From Histomonas meleagridis 2922-C6/04-290x (taxonomy: Eukaryota; Protista; Parabasalia): a DNA stretch of 64,000 nt. The DNA lies in assembly GCA_020184695.1 (NCBI GenBank), contig JAANOX010000045.1, forward strand, positions 1 through 64,000, given 5' to 3'. Shown here piece after piece: positions 22,576 through 38,048 of the stretch; the first letter of the stretch is position 1, and each line of letters starts with the position of its first letter. Below the pieces are notes generated by a model. It searched no databases. It saw only the letters and a program-made list of their open reading frames with translations, and was not told where the DNA came from. The translations under genes and the position numbers were made by a program.

Positions 22576-23734
22576 TGTTTTAAAACGTATTCAACAAGTT
22601 CAATATTTCTTGATCCTGCTGAAAATACCAATATATCATGCGGAATTGAATGCTCTTTAAGGAAATATTCAACTAAAAAAATATTTCCAATAATTGCTGC
22701 TTCATTAATAATATCATTATTGATTTCCATTCCTTCTTTAAGTAAAAATGAGAATATTTCGGAGTTATGATATGAAATACAAAGATTTCCTAATTCTTCT
22801 AAAATGTTGATTTCTTTTAATTTATTATCATAAAAATATTTAAAGATATCATTTTGATGAAATTCAATTGCTGTTTCATATGCATCTTCAAATGATGAAT
22901 GATTTTGTTCACATAAATGAATGATTTCTTCATTCCCTCCTGCAACTGCATATTTACCTGTGTTTTCTACTTTTGCATTGTTAATAAGTAAATACTTATA
23001 ACATTTAACTGATCCAAAAAATGCTGAATAATCAATTAATGAAACATTTTTCATTAATAAATGAACATATTTCATAGAGTGATGGCTCAATTTTTCTGGT
23101 TAAAAATCAAAATTTGTTTGTGATGATATTTCTTGAAGTTTTTCTATTTCATCATTTCGAATAATTTTAGAAATTATATTTGGATTATTTCCTTCTTTAA
23201 TATATTTCTTATGTAATTCCCAATCATTCTTTGAAAGTTCTTCATAATTTGGTAAGGCACTTACATATTCCCTTAAATGAATTGATAAATTATCTTTAGA
23301 CATATAATGTACAAAATAAGCATTATGATTGTTTTTTACAATATTTGGTTCAAGAAAATTATGTTCAATCATCGATTCAAGAAGATAAGATGATTCATCC
23401 GTATTTTTATTATTAAGAAATTGCCCAAATATATCAAATATATTGGATTTGATTTTATTACTTTCTTCAAATGCTCTTATTTCTTTTATAATATTCAAAA
23501 ATATAAATTTGCATTATTATTTTTAATTACAAAGGAATAATATATCATTTGAATAATAATTAAATCATAAGATAAAGGATGGATTTCATCAAAATTATTG
23601 ATTATTAAACCTAAAGTTTTAGTGAAATTTTCTTCATTCAAACCGAAAATTGCTTGATTTATTGATAGAAGTGTTTCCCAGTTGCAATGTTTTGGATTCA
23701 TATTTAATAAATTCATAAGAGACCGTTTTTCCAT
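22506..23734 (-). CDS. DUF3447-type ankyrin protein, N-terminal region (frameshifted; left-arm copy)
   Basis: Three adjacent ORFs form one protein: IIRNDEIEKLQ, SLIDYSAFFGSVKCYKYL, YAVAGGNEEIIHLCEQ. Breaks occur near 23498 and 23095. Confidence 0.8.
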
Positions 23735-25329
23735 GATCGGTTGTTCCCTTTCAATCGTCGGAGGACGTTTACTGCTTGTTCGACAAGAACGATACAGTAA
23801 ACTTTGCTACGTAGAGTACCTGGAAGCCGCGAAAAACCCCTTCAAGGGTCACTCTATGAAAAACTGGAGTAAATTTCACAAAAAGTAATAAAAAGCGCAC
23901 ATCGTCATAATTTATATATTGTGAATATTTTCTATGAGTCTATTCAATTATTAATCTTGAGGATAAGATCACAAATACAAACAGACTTTGTCAATAATTT
24001 TATGGACTTGGATTATCTAAAGATAATTCCGAATTATTATTGTCACATTTCTTCCTACGTTCCGATGCACTCTCTCACGCTATTGGGCAGCCTTGAAGAT
24101 TACGTATATTTTGATCACTTCTTCGGAGTAATCGCACATTACAAATTGATCCGGTTCCACTACCAATTCGCTTAAGAACTCGTTCATTTTGTGATATTTT
24201 ACATTTAGGAAAATCGAAACAACTTAAATCTCAAATCCATTTCACATGAAAAGAACAAAATTTCAAAATTCCGGTCAATTCTTTTGATATTACAATTGCT
24301 CTAGCAATATCACGAAAAACATAATTTCGAGCGTTCGAGTGATTTTTTTCTGTAACATAAATGATGTAATGCCATAGAAAACAACGAAATCGATTTTAAT
24401 ACATAGTGTATATCAGACAATTGTGAAAGAAATTCATCTATCGAATTAATCCAATTCAAAATGAATGTGAAACATGAAGAAATTGAGTGATTTTCATAAG
24501 AATTGTTCATTATAAGGTCATGAATAATTGTTAACATTTCCAATTTAGCTCATCAATACAAAATTCAACTAATAAATTAATTTATTATGTTAATGAAATG
24601 TTTTGTTGATAAATTAAGTAATGATTCATATAATATAAAAATAGAATTGTCATTAATTAAATATTTAACAAGTAATCTTTTCTAATTACTCGACAACTAA
24701 TGAATAAGTAAAGTTTCTATTACCATATCCTATCCGTATGACTGGATTCAGTGTACAACCACCATATCTTTCATTCCTTTGTACATGGAAAGTAAAAACA
24801 TCATATGATGAAGACTGTGATCCCAGCATGAAATATTTCGAACAAAGAATGATAAATCACTTAATAGCGAAGATAAGAAACTTGATGTTACCTTGATAAA
24901 GTCGTTACTACGAATAAAGTCAAGATACAAAAATGTTATAATTTGTCCAAAACTAAATTTGTTCGTATTCAGATCTTTGAACTATTTTCGAACCAACCAA
25001 TGTTTATTGGAGGCGCTTTTGATAACCGTCGCTTTATAATCTTTTCCCACGCATTCTCTTTGTACATTGAACGATGTTGATTCATTGTTGTTCCAACGCG
25101 AACTCACAAAAGGAAAAGCTGCTGTCCAAGGCTACAGGTTACAATTTCTCATCATCTTTCCTATAACGAAATATTCCATCCAAGTATCAAGTTATTTGGA
25201 GAATTGGACTATTTTAGATCGAGTAATTACATCAAAATGCGAAACAACTTTGTTTTTTTGTGAGAGAACATCACTCGATGCAACCACTTAATTCCATAAG
25301 ATTCTTTAAAGAAAATGTGTTATAAGAAA

Positions 25330-25656
25330 AGAAGTTGCGCTTTAGGATTGCAGCAGGTGATGCGCACCTTTGCGGTGAACACTTTGATAATTGTATTGTT
25401 AATTTCTTTGATCGTTTTCAAAAGAATTTCAAATGCGACTTAAGACGATCGCCACATCATCTAAAACTTTGCTACGTAATTGCTAAGTAAAGTAAACGTT
25501 TTTTCAAAGCAGAAGGAACTCGAGGGCAAACTGATTCCAATTATGCAAGCAGCTTATCAACATGCAGCAGGATGCGCACAAGGCGGAATGCCAGGTGCGA
25601 ACATGCAAGGAGGAAATGGACATTCATCAGGACCATGTGTTGAAGAAGTCGATTAA
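25330..25656 (+). pseudogene. Internally deleted cytosolic Hsp70 fragment
   Basis: AGDAHLCGEHFDN (cf. GDTHLGGEDFDN in the ATPase domain) is joined within about 150 nt to the C-terminal KELEGKLIPIMQAAY…GGMPG…GPCVEEVD*. Confidence 0.85.
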
Positions 25657-26140
25657 ATGAATGAATAAAATGTAATACAATGAATAATTTTATATATTTA
25701 TTTTATTAAATATTCATTTTAAATTTTAACATTGCAATTGTTTTAGAATGAAAATGTTATTAATAATTTGGAATTGAAAAATTATGTTTTCTGTTAATTA
25801 AATAAAATTGTAACATTACTTTAATTATAGGTCATTAACAAATAAAAGACCTTTTAAAAATCTTAAAACTTTTTCGAAGGCTGTTTTTAGTAAACTCGTA
25901 AAGTATCATCTGCTGGTATCATAAATCACCAGGTATCTTTGCTCATACATAAATAACTTAGATTGGTACCAATAAAGTGTCCGATACGACTTTTTCACTT
26001 TAGTCTTAGACGAGACGAGATCTCTGTCGGTATTTTCTGTGGCCACCTCGTATTCTGGTTAGATCTTTTTCAAAAACATTTTTGCACTTTCCGGGCAAGT
26101 GCAATAATACTCTTTATAAGAACTTTATAAGAAAGGATTA

Positions 26141-27253
26141 ATGGGAAATAGTCAAGCTCAAATCAAAGAAAAAAATATAGATTTTATCGGAATGTTGGAA
26201 CAAATAGAAGATAATATCTTGAAATTGCATTAAAGTAACATTCAAGAAACAGTTGAATCAACACATTACGTTTTAAAATTCAGCAATATCCATATTCATT
26301 TAAGCTTATAATTTGTCAATTGCTTTATTCATATTTTATAATGGAAAATCGAAATATTCAATTAATTTTTGAATATATAAAATTTTTTAAAATAAAAGAA
26401 GAATTATATAATCAAAATAAAGATATAAATAATGAAACGAAAGAAGATAATATCATTAATATTTTTACATATTTTCTTTTTAATTTTAAAACACAAAAAT
26501 TAAATTATATTCCAAAGATTAATAGAAAATAAAATAATTGAAGCAAAAAAGATCAAATATATAAACTCGTTATTATTTATTCATTATCAAAGAAAAAACG
26601 AAATTAAGAAAATAAAATCTCAATTTCTAAAATCAACTTTAAATAATTATGAAGAACTTTCAAAGAATGATTGGGAATTACATAAGAAATATATTAAAGA
26701 AGGAAATAATCCAAATATAATTTCTAAAATTATTCGAAATGATGAAATAGAAAAACTTCAAGAAATATCATCACAAACAAATTTTGATTTTAACCAGAAA
26801 ATTGAGCCATCACTCTATGAAATATGTTCATTTATTAATGAAAAAAATGTTTCATTAATTGATTATTCAGCATTTTTTGGATCAGTTAAATGTTATAAGT
26901 ATTTACTTATTAACAATGCAAAAGTAGAAAACACAGGTAAATATGCAGTTGCAGGAGGGAATGAAGAAATCATTCATTTATGTGAACAAAATCATTCATC
27001 ATTTGAAGATGCATATGAAACAGCAATTGAATTTCATCGAAATGATATCTTTAAATATTTTTATGTTAATAAATTAGGAAATATTATGTATAATTATTGA
27101 ACAAAAAGGAATTGATATTAATGCTAAAATATAATTTGGAATTAATTATAATTAAATGAAACAGCTTTCACATATGCATCAAAAAAAGGAAATATCGAAA
27201 TCATAAATTTACTCGAAAAATATAAAAAAATAATTATATCAAGAAATATGTAA
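26141..27253 (+). pseudogene. Chimeric, deleted DUF3447-type ankyrin pseudogene
   Basis: Stop-containing N-terminus MGNSQAQ…LEQIEDNILKLH*SNIQETVES. Segment ~26645-27065 is nearly identical to ~31827-32248. It ends with one ankyrin unit, ETAFTYASKKGNIEII. Confidence 0.75.
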
Positions 27254-27742
27254 GAATTTCAGATATAAAATTTCTAAAATTCAAAACATTCGACATTTTC
27301 TACATAAATATACAAGAATTCAGGAAATATTATGAGAGATTAACACGTATTGGATGCAAAGATAATAAATGATACAAAAATCTCAGCAAACATGTGTAAA
27401 TGCTAACTTTTGCTCAACGTTGCCAGATTTTTTGAATTATTATTGTTTGATTCAAAAGTATTGATTTTTGAAAAGTAAACTATTGAAACCATGTCCTTTT
27501 TTCAATAGGAGGTGACCATTTCTGAATTGAAATTGATAAAAATTTTAATTATTTTATCTCGAAAAGCTTAGATCTAAACTAAAAATAAACTAGATTAGAA
27601 TCATCACAATATTGTATTGCATATAATTTCATAACCTGGTAAAATAAAATAGCGTCTATCATGATTTTCCAATTTTTTTTCATTTCCCTTGTGATGAACG
27701 GTTTCATTCAAAATAAATGGCCGGATAACCACCACAATATGA

Positions 27743-30166
<2,424 letters not shown>

Positions 30167-30409
30167 ATAATAAAAGTGAAGCTAACTAAAGCTGTTTAGA
30201 AGCGAATTTCATTTCCAAATTCGTTATATATGATAACGATGCAAAAACGTTTACTCTACTTAGCAATCAGAGAAGCTAAAAACTTTTTAAATCGAATAAC
30301 TATGTTTATCATCAAGACTAGAAATTAGAAATCCTTTGTCGCTTTTTTGTAATATTTTCATTTTAATCAATCTCTTACATGAAGTAAATAGTTCGAAATC
30401 ATGTTTTGC

Positions 30410-30412
<3 letters not shown>

Positions 30413-30441
<29 letters not shown>
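30413..30441. repeat. (TA)n microsatellite
   Basis: Uninterrupted tatata run. Confidence 0.9.
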
Positions 30442-30444
<3 letters not shown>

Positions 30445-31341
30445 TTTCGAAATGAAAAAAAAATTATTAAAAACACAATATTTTTGATTTTTTAGAATAA
30501 GCAATTAATTGATTGTATAGGTAGCAGAAAAAAGGGGTAACACAAACAGGCTTTTTAAAATATTGACTTTGTTATATTTAAAATTAAATAGTGTTACCTG
30601 GTCACATTCATTTTGAATTGGATTAATTCGATAGATGAATTTCTTTCACAATTGTCTGATATACACTATGTATTAAAATCGATTTCGTTGTTTTCTATGG
30701 CATTACATCATTTATGTTACAGAAAAATCACTCGAACGCTCGAAATTATGTTTTTTTCGTGATATTGCTAGAGCAATTGTAATATCAAAAAGAATTGACC
30801 GGAATTTTTGAAATTTTGTTCTTTACATGTGAAATGGATTTGAGATTAAAGTTGTTTCGATTTTCCTAAATGTAAAATATCACAAAATGAACGAGTTCTT
30901 AAGCGAATTGGTAGTGGAACCGGATCAATTTGTAATGTGCGATTACTCCGAAGAAGTGATCAAAATATACGTAATCTTCAAGGCTGCCCAATAGCGTGAG
31001 AGAGTGCATCGGAACGTAGGAAGAAATGTGACAATAATAATTCGGAATTATCTTTAGATAATCCAAGTCCATAAAATTATTGACAAAGTCTGTTTGTATT
31101 TGTGATCTTATCCTCAAGATTAATAATTGAATAGACTCATAGAAAATATTCACAATATATAAATTATGACGATGTGCGCTTTTTATTACTTTTTTTGTGA
31201 AATTTACTCCAGTTTTTCATAGAGTGACCCTTGAAGGGGTTTTTCGCGGCTTCCAGGTACTCTACGTAGCAAAGTTTACTGTATCGTTCTTGTCGAACAA
31301 GCAGTAAACGTCCTCCGACGATTGAAAGGGAACAACCGATC

Positions 31342-32529
31342 ATGGAAAAAAACGGTCTCTTATGAATTTATTAAATATGAATCCAAAACATTGCAACTGG
31401 GAAACACTTCTATCAATAAATCAAGCAATTTTCGGTTTGAATGAAGAAAATTTCACTAAAACTTTAGGTTTAATAATCAATAATTTTGATGAAATCCATC
31501 CTTTATCTTATGATTTAATTATTATTCAAATGATATATTATTCCTTTGTAATTAAAAATAATAATGCAAATTTATTTTTGAATATTATAAAAGAAATAAG
31601 AGCATTTGAAGAAAGTAATAAAATCAAATCCAATATATTTGATATATTTGGGCAATTTCTTAATAATAAAAATACGGATGAATCATCTTATCTTCTTGAA
31701 TCGATGATTGAACATAATTTTCTTGAACCAAATATTGTAAAAAACAATCATAATGCTTATTTTGTACATTATATGTCTAAAGATAATTTATCAATTCATT
31801 TAAGGGAATATGTAAGTGCCTTACCAAATTATGAAGAACTTTCAAAGAATGATTGGGAATTACATAAGAAATATATTAAAGAAGGAAATAATCCAAATAT
31901 AATTTCTAAAATTATTCGAAATGATGAAATAGAAAAACTTCAAGAAATATCATCACAAACAAATTTTGATTTTAACCAGAAAATTGAGCCATCACTCTAT
32001 GAAATATGTTCATTTATTAATGAAAAAAATGTTTCATTAATTGATTATTCAGCATTTTTTGGATCAGTTAAATGTTATAAGTATTTACTTATTAACAATG
32101 CAAAAAGTAGAAAACACAGGTAAATATGCAGTTGCAGGAGGGAATGAAGAAATCATTCATTTATGTGAACAAAATCATTCATCATTTGAAGATGCATATG
32201 AAACAGCAATTGAATTTCATCGAAATGATATCTTTAAATATTTTTATGATAATAAATTAAAAGAAATCAACATTTTAGAAGAATTAGGAAATCTTTGTAT
32301 TTCATATCATAACTCCGAAATATTCTCATTTTTACTTAAAGAAGGAATGGAAATCAATAATGATATTATTAATGAAGCAGCAATTATTGGAAATATTTTT
32401 TTAGTTGAATATTTCCTTAAAGAGCATTCAATTCCGCATGATATATTGGTATTTTCAGCAGGATCAAGAAATATTGAACTTGTTGAATACGTTTTAAAAC
32501 AAAAAGGAATTGATATTAATGCTAAAAAT
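31342..32529 (+). CDS. DUF3447-type ankyrin protein, N-terminal region (right-arm copy; frameshifts in A-runs at ~31350 and ~32103)
   Basis: ORFs 31362-32123 and 32041-32718 join if one A is removed from caaaaagtag. Homologous to 22506-23734. Confidence 0.8.
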
Positions 32530-33875
32530 ATTTATTTGTTTTATTTAATATTTATTTTAATAATTTTATATATCAAAATAATATTTGGAAATTATTTAAA
32601 TTATTTGATACAGCACTTCTGTGGGCATCTCAAAATGGTCATACAGAAATCGTTAAATTACTTCTTGAACAAGAAGGAATTGATATTAATGCTAAAGATA
32701 TTTATTTGTTTTATTTAAAATTTGTTTCAAAAATTTTATATTTCAAAATAATATTTGGAAATTATTTAAATTATTTCAAACAGCACTTATATTTGCATCT
32801 TCAAATGGTCATACAGAAATAGTTAAAATACTTCTTGAACAAGAAGGAATTGATATTAATTCTAAAGATATTTATTTTAATAATTTTATAGTATTTCAAA
32901 ATAATATTTGGAAATTATTTAAATTATTTGATACAGCACTTATATTTGCATCTTTAAATGGTCATACAGAAATCGTTAAATTACTTCTTGAACAAGAAGG
33001 AATTGATATTAATGCTAAAAATATTTATTTATTTTATTTAATATTTATTTTAATAATTTTATATTTCAAAATAATATTTGGAAATTATCTAAATTATTTA
33101 ATACAGCACTTATATTTGCATCTTCAAATGGTCATACAGAAATCGTTAAATTACTTCTTGAACAAGAAGGAATTGATATTAATGATAAAGATATTTATTT
33201 GTTTTATTTAATATTTATTTTAATAATTTGATATTTGAAAATAATATTTGGAAATTATTTAAATTATTTGATACAGCACTTATGTGTGCATCTTATAATG
33301 GTCATACAGAAATAGTAAAATTACTTCTTGAACAAGAAGGAATTGATATTAAATCTAAGGGTATTTATTTGTTTTATTTAAAATTTATTTTAATAATTTG
33401 ATATTTGAAAATAATATTTGGAAATTATCTAAATTATTTAATACAGCACTTATATTTGCATCTTCAAATGGTCATACAGAAATCGTTAAATTACTTCTTG
33501 AACAAGAAGGAATTGATATTAATGCTAAAAATATTTATTTGTTTTATTTAATATTTATTTTAATAATTTTATATTTCAAAATAATATTTGGAAATCATTT
33601 AAATTATTTTGGACAGCACTTATTAGAGCATCTTATAAAGGTCATACAGAAATAGTTAAAATACTTCTTGAACAAGAAGGAATTGATATTAATGCTAAAG
33701 ATATTTATTTGTTTTATTTAATATTTATTTTAATAATTTGATATTTGAAAATAATATTTGAAAATTATTTAAATTATTTAATACAGCACTTATTGAGGCA
33801 TCTTTTAATGGTCATACAGAAATAGTTAAAATACTTCTTGAACAAGAAGGAATTGATATTAATGATAAAGATATT
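32505..33875 (+). repeat. Ankyrin array C (8 TAL units, interrupted)
   Basis: Units in order: LWASQN, IFASSN, IFASLN, IFASSN, MCASYN, IFASSN, IRASYK, IEASFN. Gaps are 80 nt, with one of 63 nt at 32870-32932. Confidence 0.9.
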
Positions 33876-34506
33876 TTATAAAATATTGAAACCATTAATT
33901 ATTCATAAAAGTTAACATTAACTATATAATGGTTTTTTATTCTAACGAGCATTTGTTAATATTATCTATTTAATGTCACACTTTCAATATTTATATACTA
34001 GTAAACCGAAAATTTTTTGTGGTAAAGGGCAAGAGCACACGGTGTTTGTCAATGTAGAGAAAACATATAAGACTCGGCATTTCCTGATAAAATTTTATTC
34101 ATGCTCTAAATTTATAAAGAATAATAAATTTTTTTTTCTTTTTACATAAAAATTTTTTTGTTATTCCATCTTTATATATAAAAATATTTATGTTTTATTT
34201 CAAATATATAAAATGATAAAGTGTAACAAATAAAAACATTTGTCAGACCAACAACATAGCTATAACATCTTAAAAAGAAAAGATATTTTGTCAAAAACTT
34301 GAAAAGATAAATGTACTTGTCACAGCCTATACGAAAACTCGTAATTACAAATATCAAAATGTTACTGGAATTTTATTAATCTTAGCTTTACTTTTTATCA
34401 GGTTTTGCTGATGCGCTGTATCTCTTAATGATGCTCCACATCTTCCACTGACACTTAATTATGTTGCATTTATAATTTATCTTTCTCCGTCTTTTCCGCT
34501 AATTTC

Positions 34507-35095
34507 TTAAAATAGTTCATCAATATCAATACCATATATTTGCTCCATTAATATATGATAAAAAGAGTAATTAAATTTATGGAATATTTGCAGGTATTGC
34601 TTCATTAATTTTTTAATACAATTTATAATTTGAAAATCACAGGGTTGTAAATAAAGAAGTCCATTATTAATAATATTTTTATGTAATCTTTTTTTAAACA
34701 ATGATAAACATCATTTGAATATAAAAAAATACATTATCAAGTATTTGACTAATATTTACAATTTCATTATTCCATAAACTTTTTAATATTATCAAATTCT
34801 GTATCAAATCTTTTTCTATAACATGGATCTGCATCGCCTCCAACAAACTTTATTTGAATGTTTTTGAATGAAAAATGATATAAAATATAATCTAAACAAT
34901 TTGTTATAAATTTAACAGCCTTAAATTATATAATTCTTTAAAATGTGCATTTTCATTAATTTCTACCCTTTTGGGGAAGTCAGCTGGTGTAACATTAATA
35001 CTTGGTACTCTAAATGAACCTCTAATAATTATAGATGTAGCTTTTTTTTTTTTAATACAACTGCAGTATATTGAGTAAGGTTTTTGTAATGCCAC
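34507..35095 (-). pseudogene. Second copy of the DxxH transposase-like fragment
   Basis: Inverted copy of 19961-20544. Confidence 0.35.
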
Positions 35096-35989
35096 AAAAT
35101 AAAAATTTTTGATTTTCCATTAATTTATTTTTAAAAAAAAAAAAAAAAAAAAGGATAAATCTAGTGTTTGAAAGATGTGAGAAGTGTGGGATGGATATGT
35201 AATGACCCATATGCTCTTAAAATTTCTTCTAAACAATTACATCTTGCATTACCCATTAATATGACATCTTTTTCTTGTAAGTATGTATAATTTTATTAAA
35301 TTTGATCTATATAAAGTATTAAAAATGTTGAAATATATTCCTTTAAAAATTTTCATCCATATATATTCGTTTTCCTTTGTCTAAAAATAATATCTTCCCC
35401 ATCTTGAACAATTATACATTCAAAATCGTATATTTTTGATAAGAACTCCCAACATTTTTTATAGTTTTAAATACAACAAAGTATCGTATGATAATTATAT
35501 ATATATACAAGTGGAGTAAAATTTATAACAATCATTAAATATTATACATACATTTGATTATATTCAAAGATTCTTTTATTAATGTTCTTTTATTAATCTA
35601 ATGATGTCTTAAAAATAAATTAATTATGCATATTAATGTAAGTTATTTCATGGTCTATCATATTTTAAATTGATAAAATATAAATATTGATCTATGATAT
35701 ATTCTATTAATAAATTTATTGAAAATATTAGTTACAAAGTATTTTATACATTTTAAACTTTTCTTCTTGCAAAACATGAAAAAATTTAAACTGATGAATG
35801 TTTGAATTGGTCAATAATATTATTAAATTCGAAAATACTTTTGCTTTGATAACCATTGAGAAAAAATTCATTTTATTTTATATTATTTTTAAATTAAAAT
35901 ACAATTTCTGACTGTTTATATATCCTAGCATGTCATAAGATAAAGAAAAATTTCAATTTTGTTTTTATTGATTTTGATTTTTTGATGAA

Positions 35990-37052
35990 TTTTTATTTCA
36001 TTTGCTATTATTATTGAAACAACATGATGAAGCATATCATTCACTTCCTTTCTTCAATAAACATTCATTTAATATATCAAGAATTAATTCACTTTGATAA
36101 GATTTGATATTTTCATCTTTATTAAATGTAAAATATTTACAAAAACGTTATTTTTGAAGAATTTCTTTTAATTTAGATAAGATTGGAATTGCTTGATTTC
36201 GAATAAAATTGTGTATTAAATCAAATTGCAATTCTTCTTCATTATCATCAATTCCTCCTTGATAAATTCCAACATCATGTTCAAATATATTATTTGAGAT
36301 ATTTTAAATACGCGAAATGTATTAGAATAAAATCTTGTATAAGGATCAATTAATTCATGTTGAATAACAAGAACTCGAATTTCAACTGGTTATATCTCTG
36401 AAAATCCTGTTTTATTCATAATATTAACAAATTCGGTTAAATATAAAAAATTTCCAATACATTCACCAAATAACATTTTATTTCGTCGTGCTTCTTCATT
36501 AAATGGTTTGCTTGAAAAGATATCTGATATATAAACCTCTCCTCATTCTTTTAATACTCGATGAATTTCTTCAAATACTTTTATTTTATTGGTACTTAAA
36601 TCATTAACATAATTCGAAATAAATATATTAATTGTTGAATCTAAAATTCCAATATTCTTCAACAAAACCTTCTTTAAATTCGATTTTTAATGAATTTGAG
36701 AATTGAAAATAATGATAATCAAGTAAATCATTCGCAATTTTTAGTTGTTCTGGTGTTATATCAATACCAATAAGATGATCTTCTTTACCTGTTAGAACTG
36801 ATGTTACAAAAAAATATCGTCATGTACCACATCCTAAATCAAGAATCATCAACCATTTAATTGATTCTGGAATTGATGTTCTACATCCATAATATTTCTC
36901 TATAACAATTGGTTAATTTTTGTTAAAGTTTTTACTTTTTTTTCATTTTTATATGAAGTACAAACACATGCAGAAAATTTGAAATCATTTGTTTGTTGAA
37001 CATCTTTTGAATAATAATCTTTTACATCATTATATAATTGTTTTAGTTTCAT
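35990..37052 (-). pseudogene. Second copy of the arsenite methyltransferase pseudogene
   Basis: Inverted copy of 18262-19320. It shares two TGA stops but keeps GGA at 36256-36258. Confidence 0.85.
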
Positions 37053-37252
37053 GATTTCTTAAAATGAATGAATTCAGAATCATTCCAACAAAATTTATCG
37101 CACTTAAATGTGTGAATGATTCTTGAAATTGAATAAATTCAACAAAATTAATGAAGTCAAATATTAATAAATGTTCTTCTTCATTATAAATAAATAAATA
37201 AATAAAAAATTGTTTAAAAATTGTTTATATGTTTGAATCTTTGTCGTAAATT

Positions 37253-38048
37253 TTAATTTTCTTCGTCTTCATCTTCGTCATCTTCAACTTTAGGTGCAAG
37301 GTAATATTTGATGTAACCAGTGTCATCATCCAATTGATATAACACAATCAGCGGACGGCCTGTCGAAAGTTCCAGAATAACTTTATCTGATAACGGCGAT
37401 GCTTTCGTGAAATAATTCAAATATTTAAGCGCAAATGATAACTCTAACTTATCAATAGAACTATCCATTTCAATATCAACTGGACGATCTTCGACGGAAT
37501 CATATGAACTCAGCGTGATGCTGCCGTTGCCAAGTTGCCCACTCGCATTGAAAACAACTGTTTTAGACTTAACTAAAATTTTAACAGTATCCCCAAACTG
37601 TGTTAAATCATGGCAAATCTTATTGAAATCACTGGATGATAAAGTAATACGAACTTCTGGTTCTGCTTCTGGAATAGATAACTATCTCGTGTCAATGTCC
37701 ATCAAAGCTAACGAAAATTCAGAAAATCGTCCACCATTCTCAAATTGAAACTTAAGTTGTGTATGGTCAGAATTAGTAGATAATGTTAACGTGTCTTGAC
37801 TATCTCCACACTTAAGAATTTTTTGTATAGAAACTAAGTTAACACCTAACGTTTCATTGTCGGCACATGTGAACTTGTCAAATGATTTGCTGTTCAAATT
37901 CATGCTAACTAACGCACAACGTGAGGAGTCCATCGCTTGTAAAGAAAGACCTGATTCATTACATTCAAGATTAGCTTCATCAACAAGTTCTTTTTAATGC
38001 GTCAAGAATTTTACGTAAGGTTTGTGGTGCAGAAAGACGAGCTTCCAT
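37253..38048 (-). pseudogene. PCNA: Second PCNA copy, disrupted as sequenced
   Basis: Extra T in a T-run near 37992. A compensating indel near 37684-37688 creates an in-frame TAG (DIDTR*LSIP). H→R change in SSHC. May be an intact gene with read errors. Confidence 0.75.

Larger units (their letters stand above)
16830..24470. repeat. Left arm of a ~7.7-kb inverted duplication (partner 30602-38482)
   Basis: Reverse-complement identity holds from atacgtgtcc (16831) ↔ ggacacgtat (38472-38481) to atgaatgtga (24461-24470) ↔ tcacattcat (30602-30611). Confidence 0.95.

Noticed and set aside
23682-24543. Small ORFs upstream of the ankyrin gene (and the copy at 30899-31153)
   Set aside because: They are conserved only because they lie in the duplicated arm and carry no motifs.
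24750-25300. Moderately GC-rich stretch that may be a gene relic
   Set aside because: The frames examined are interrupted by stops and no family could be recognised.
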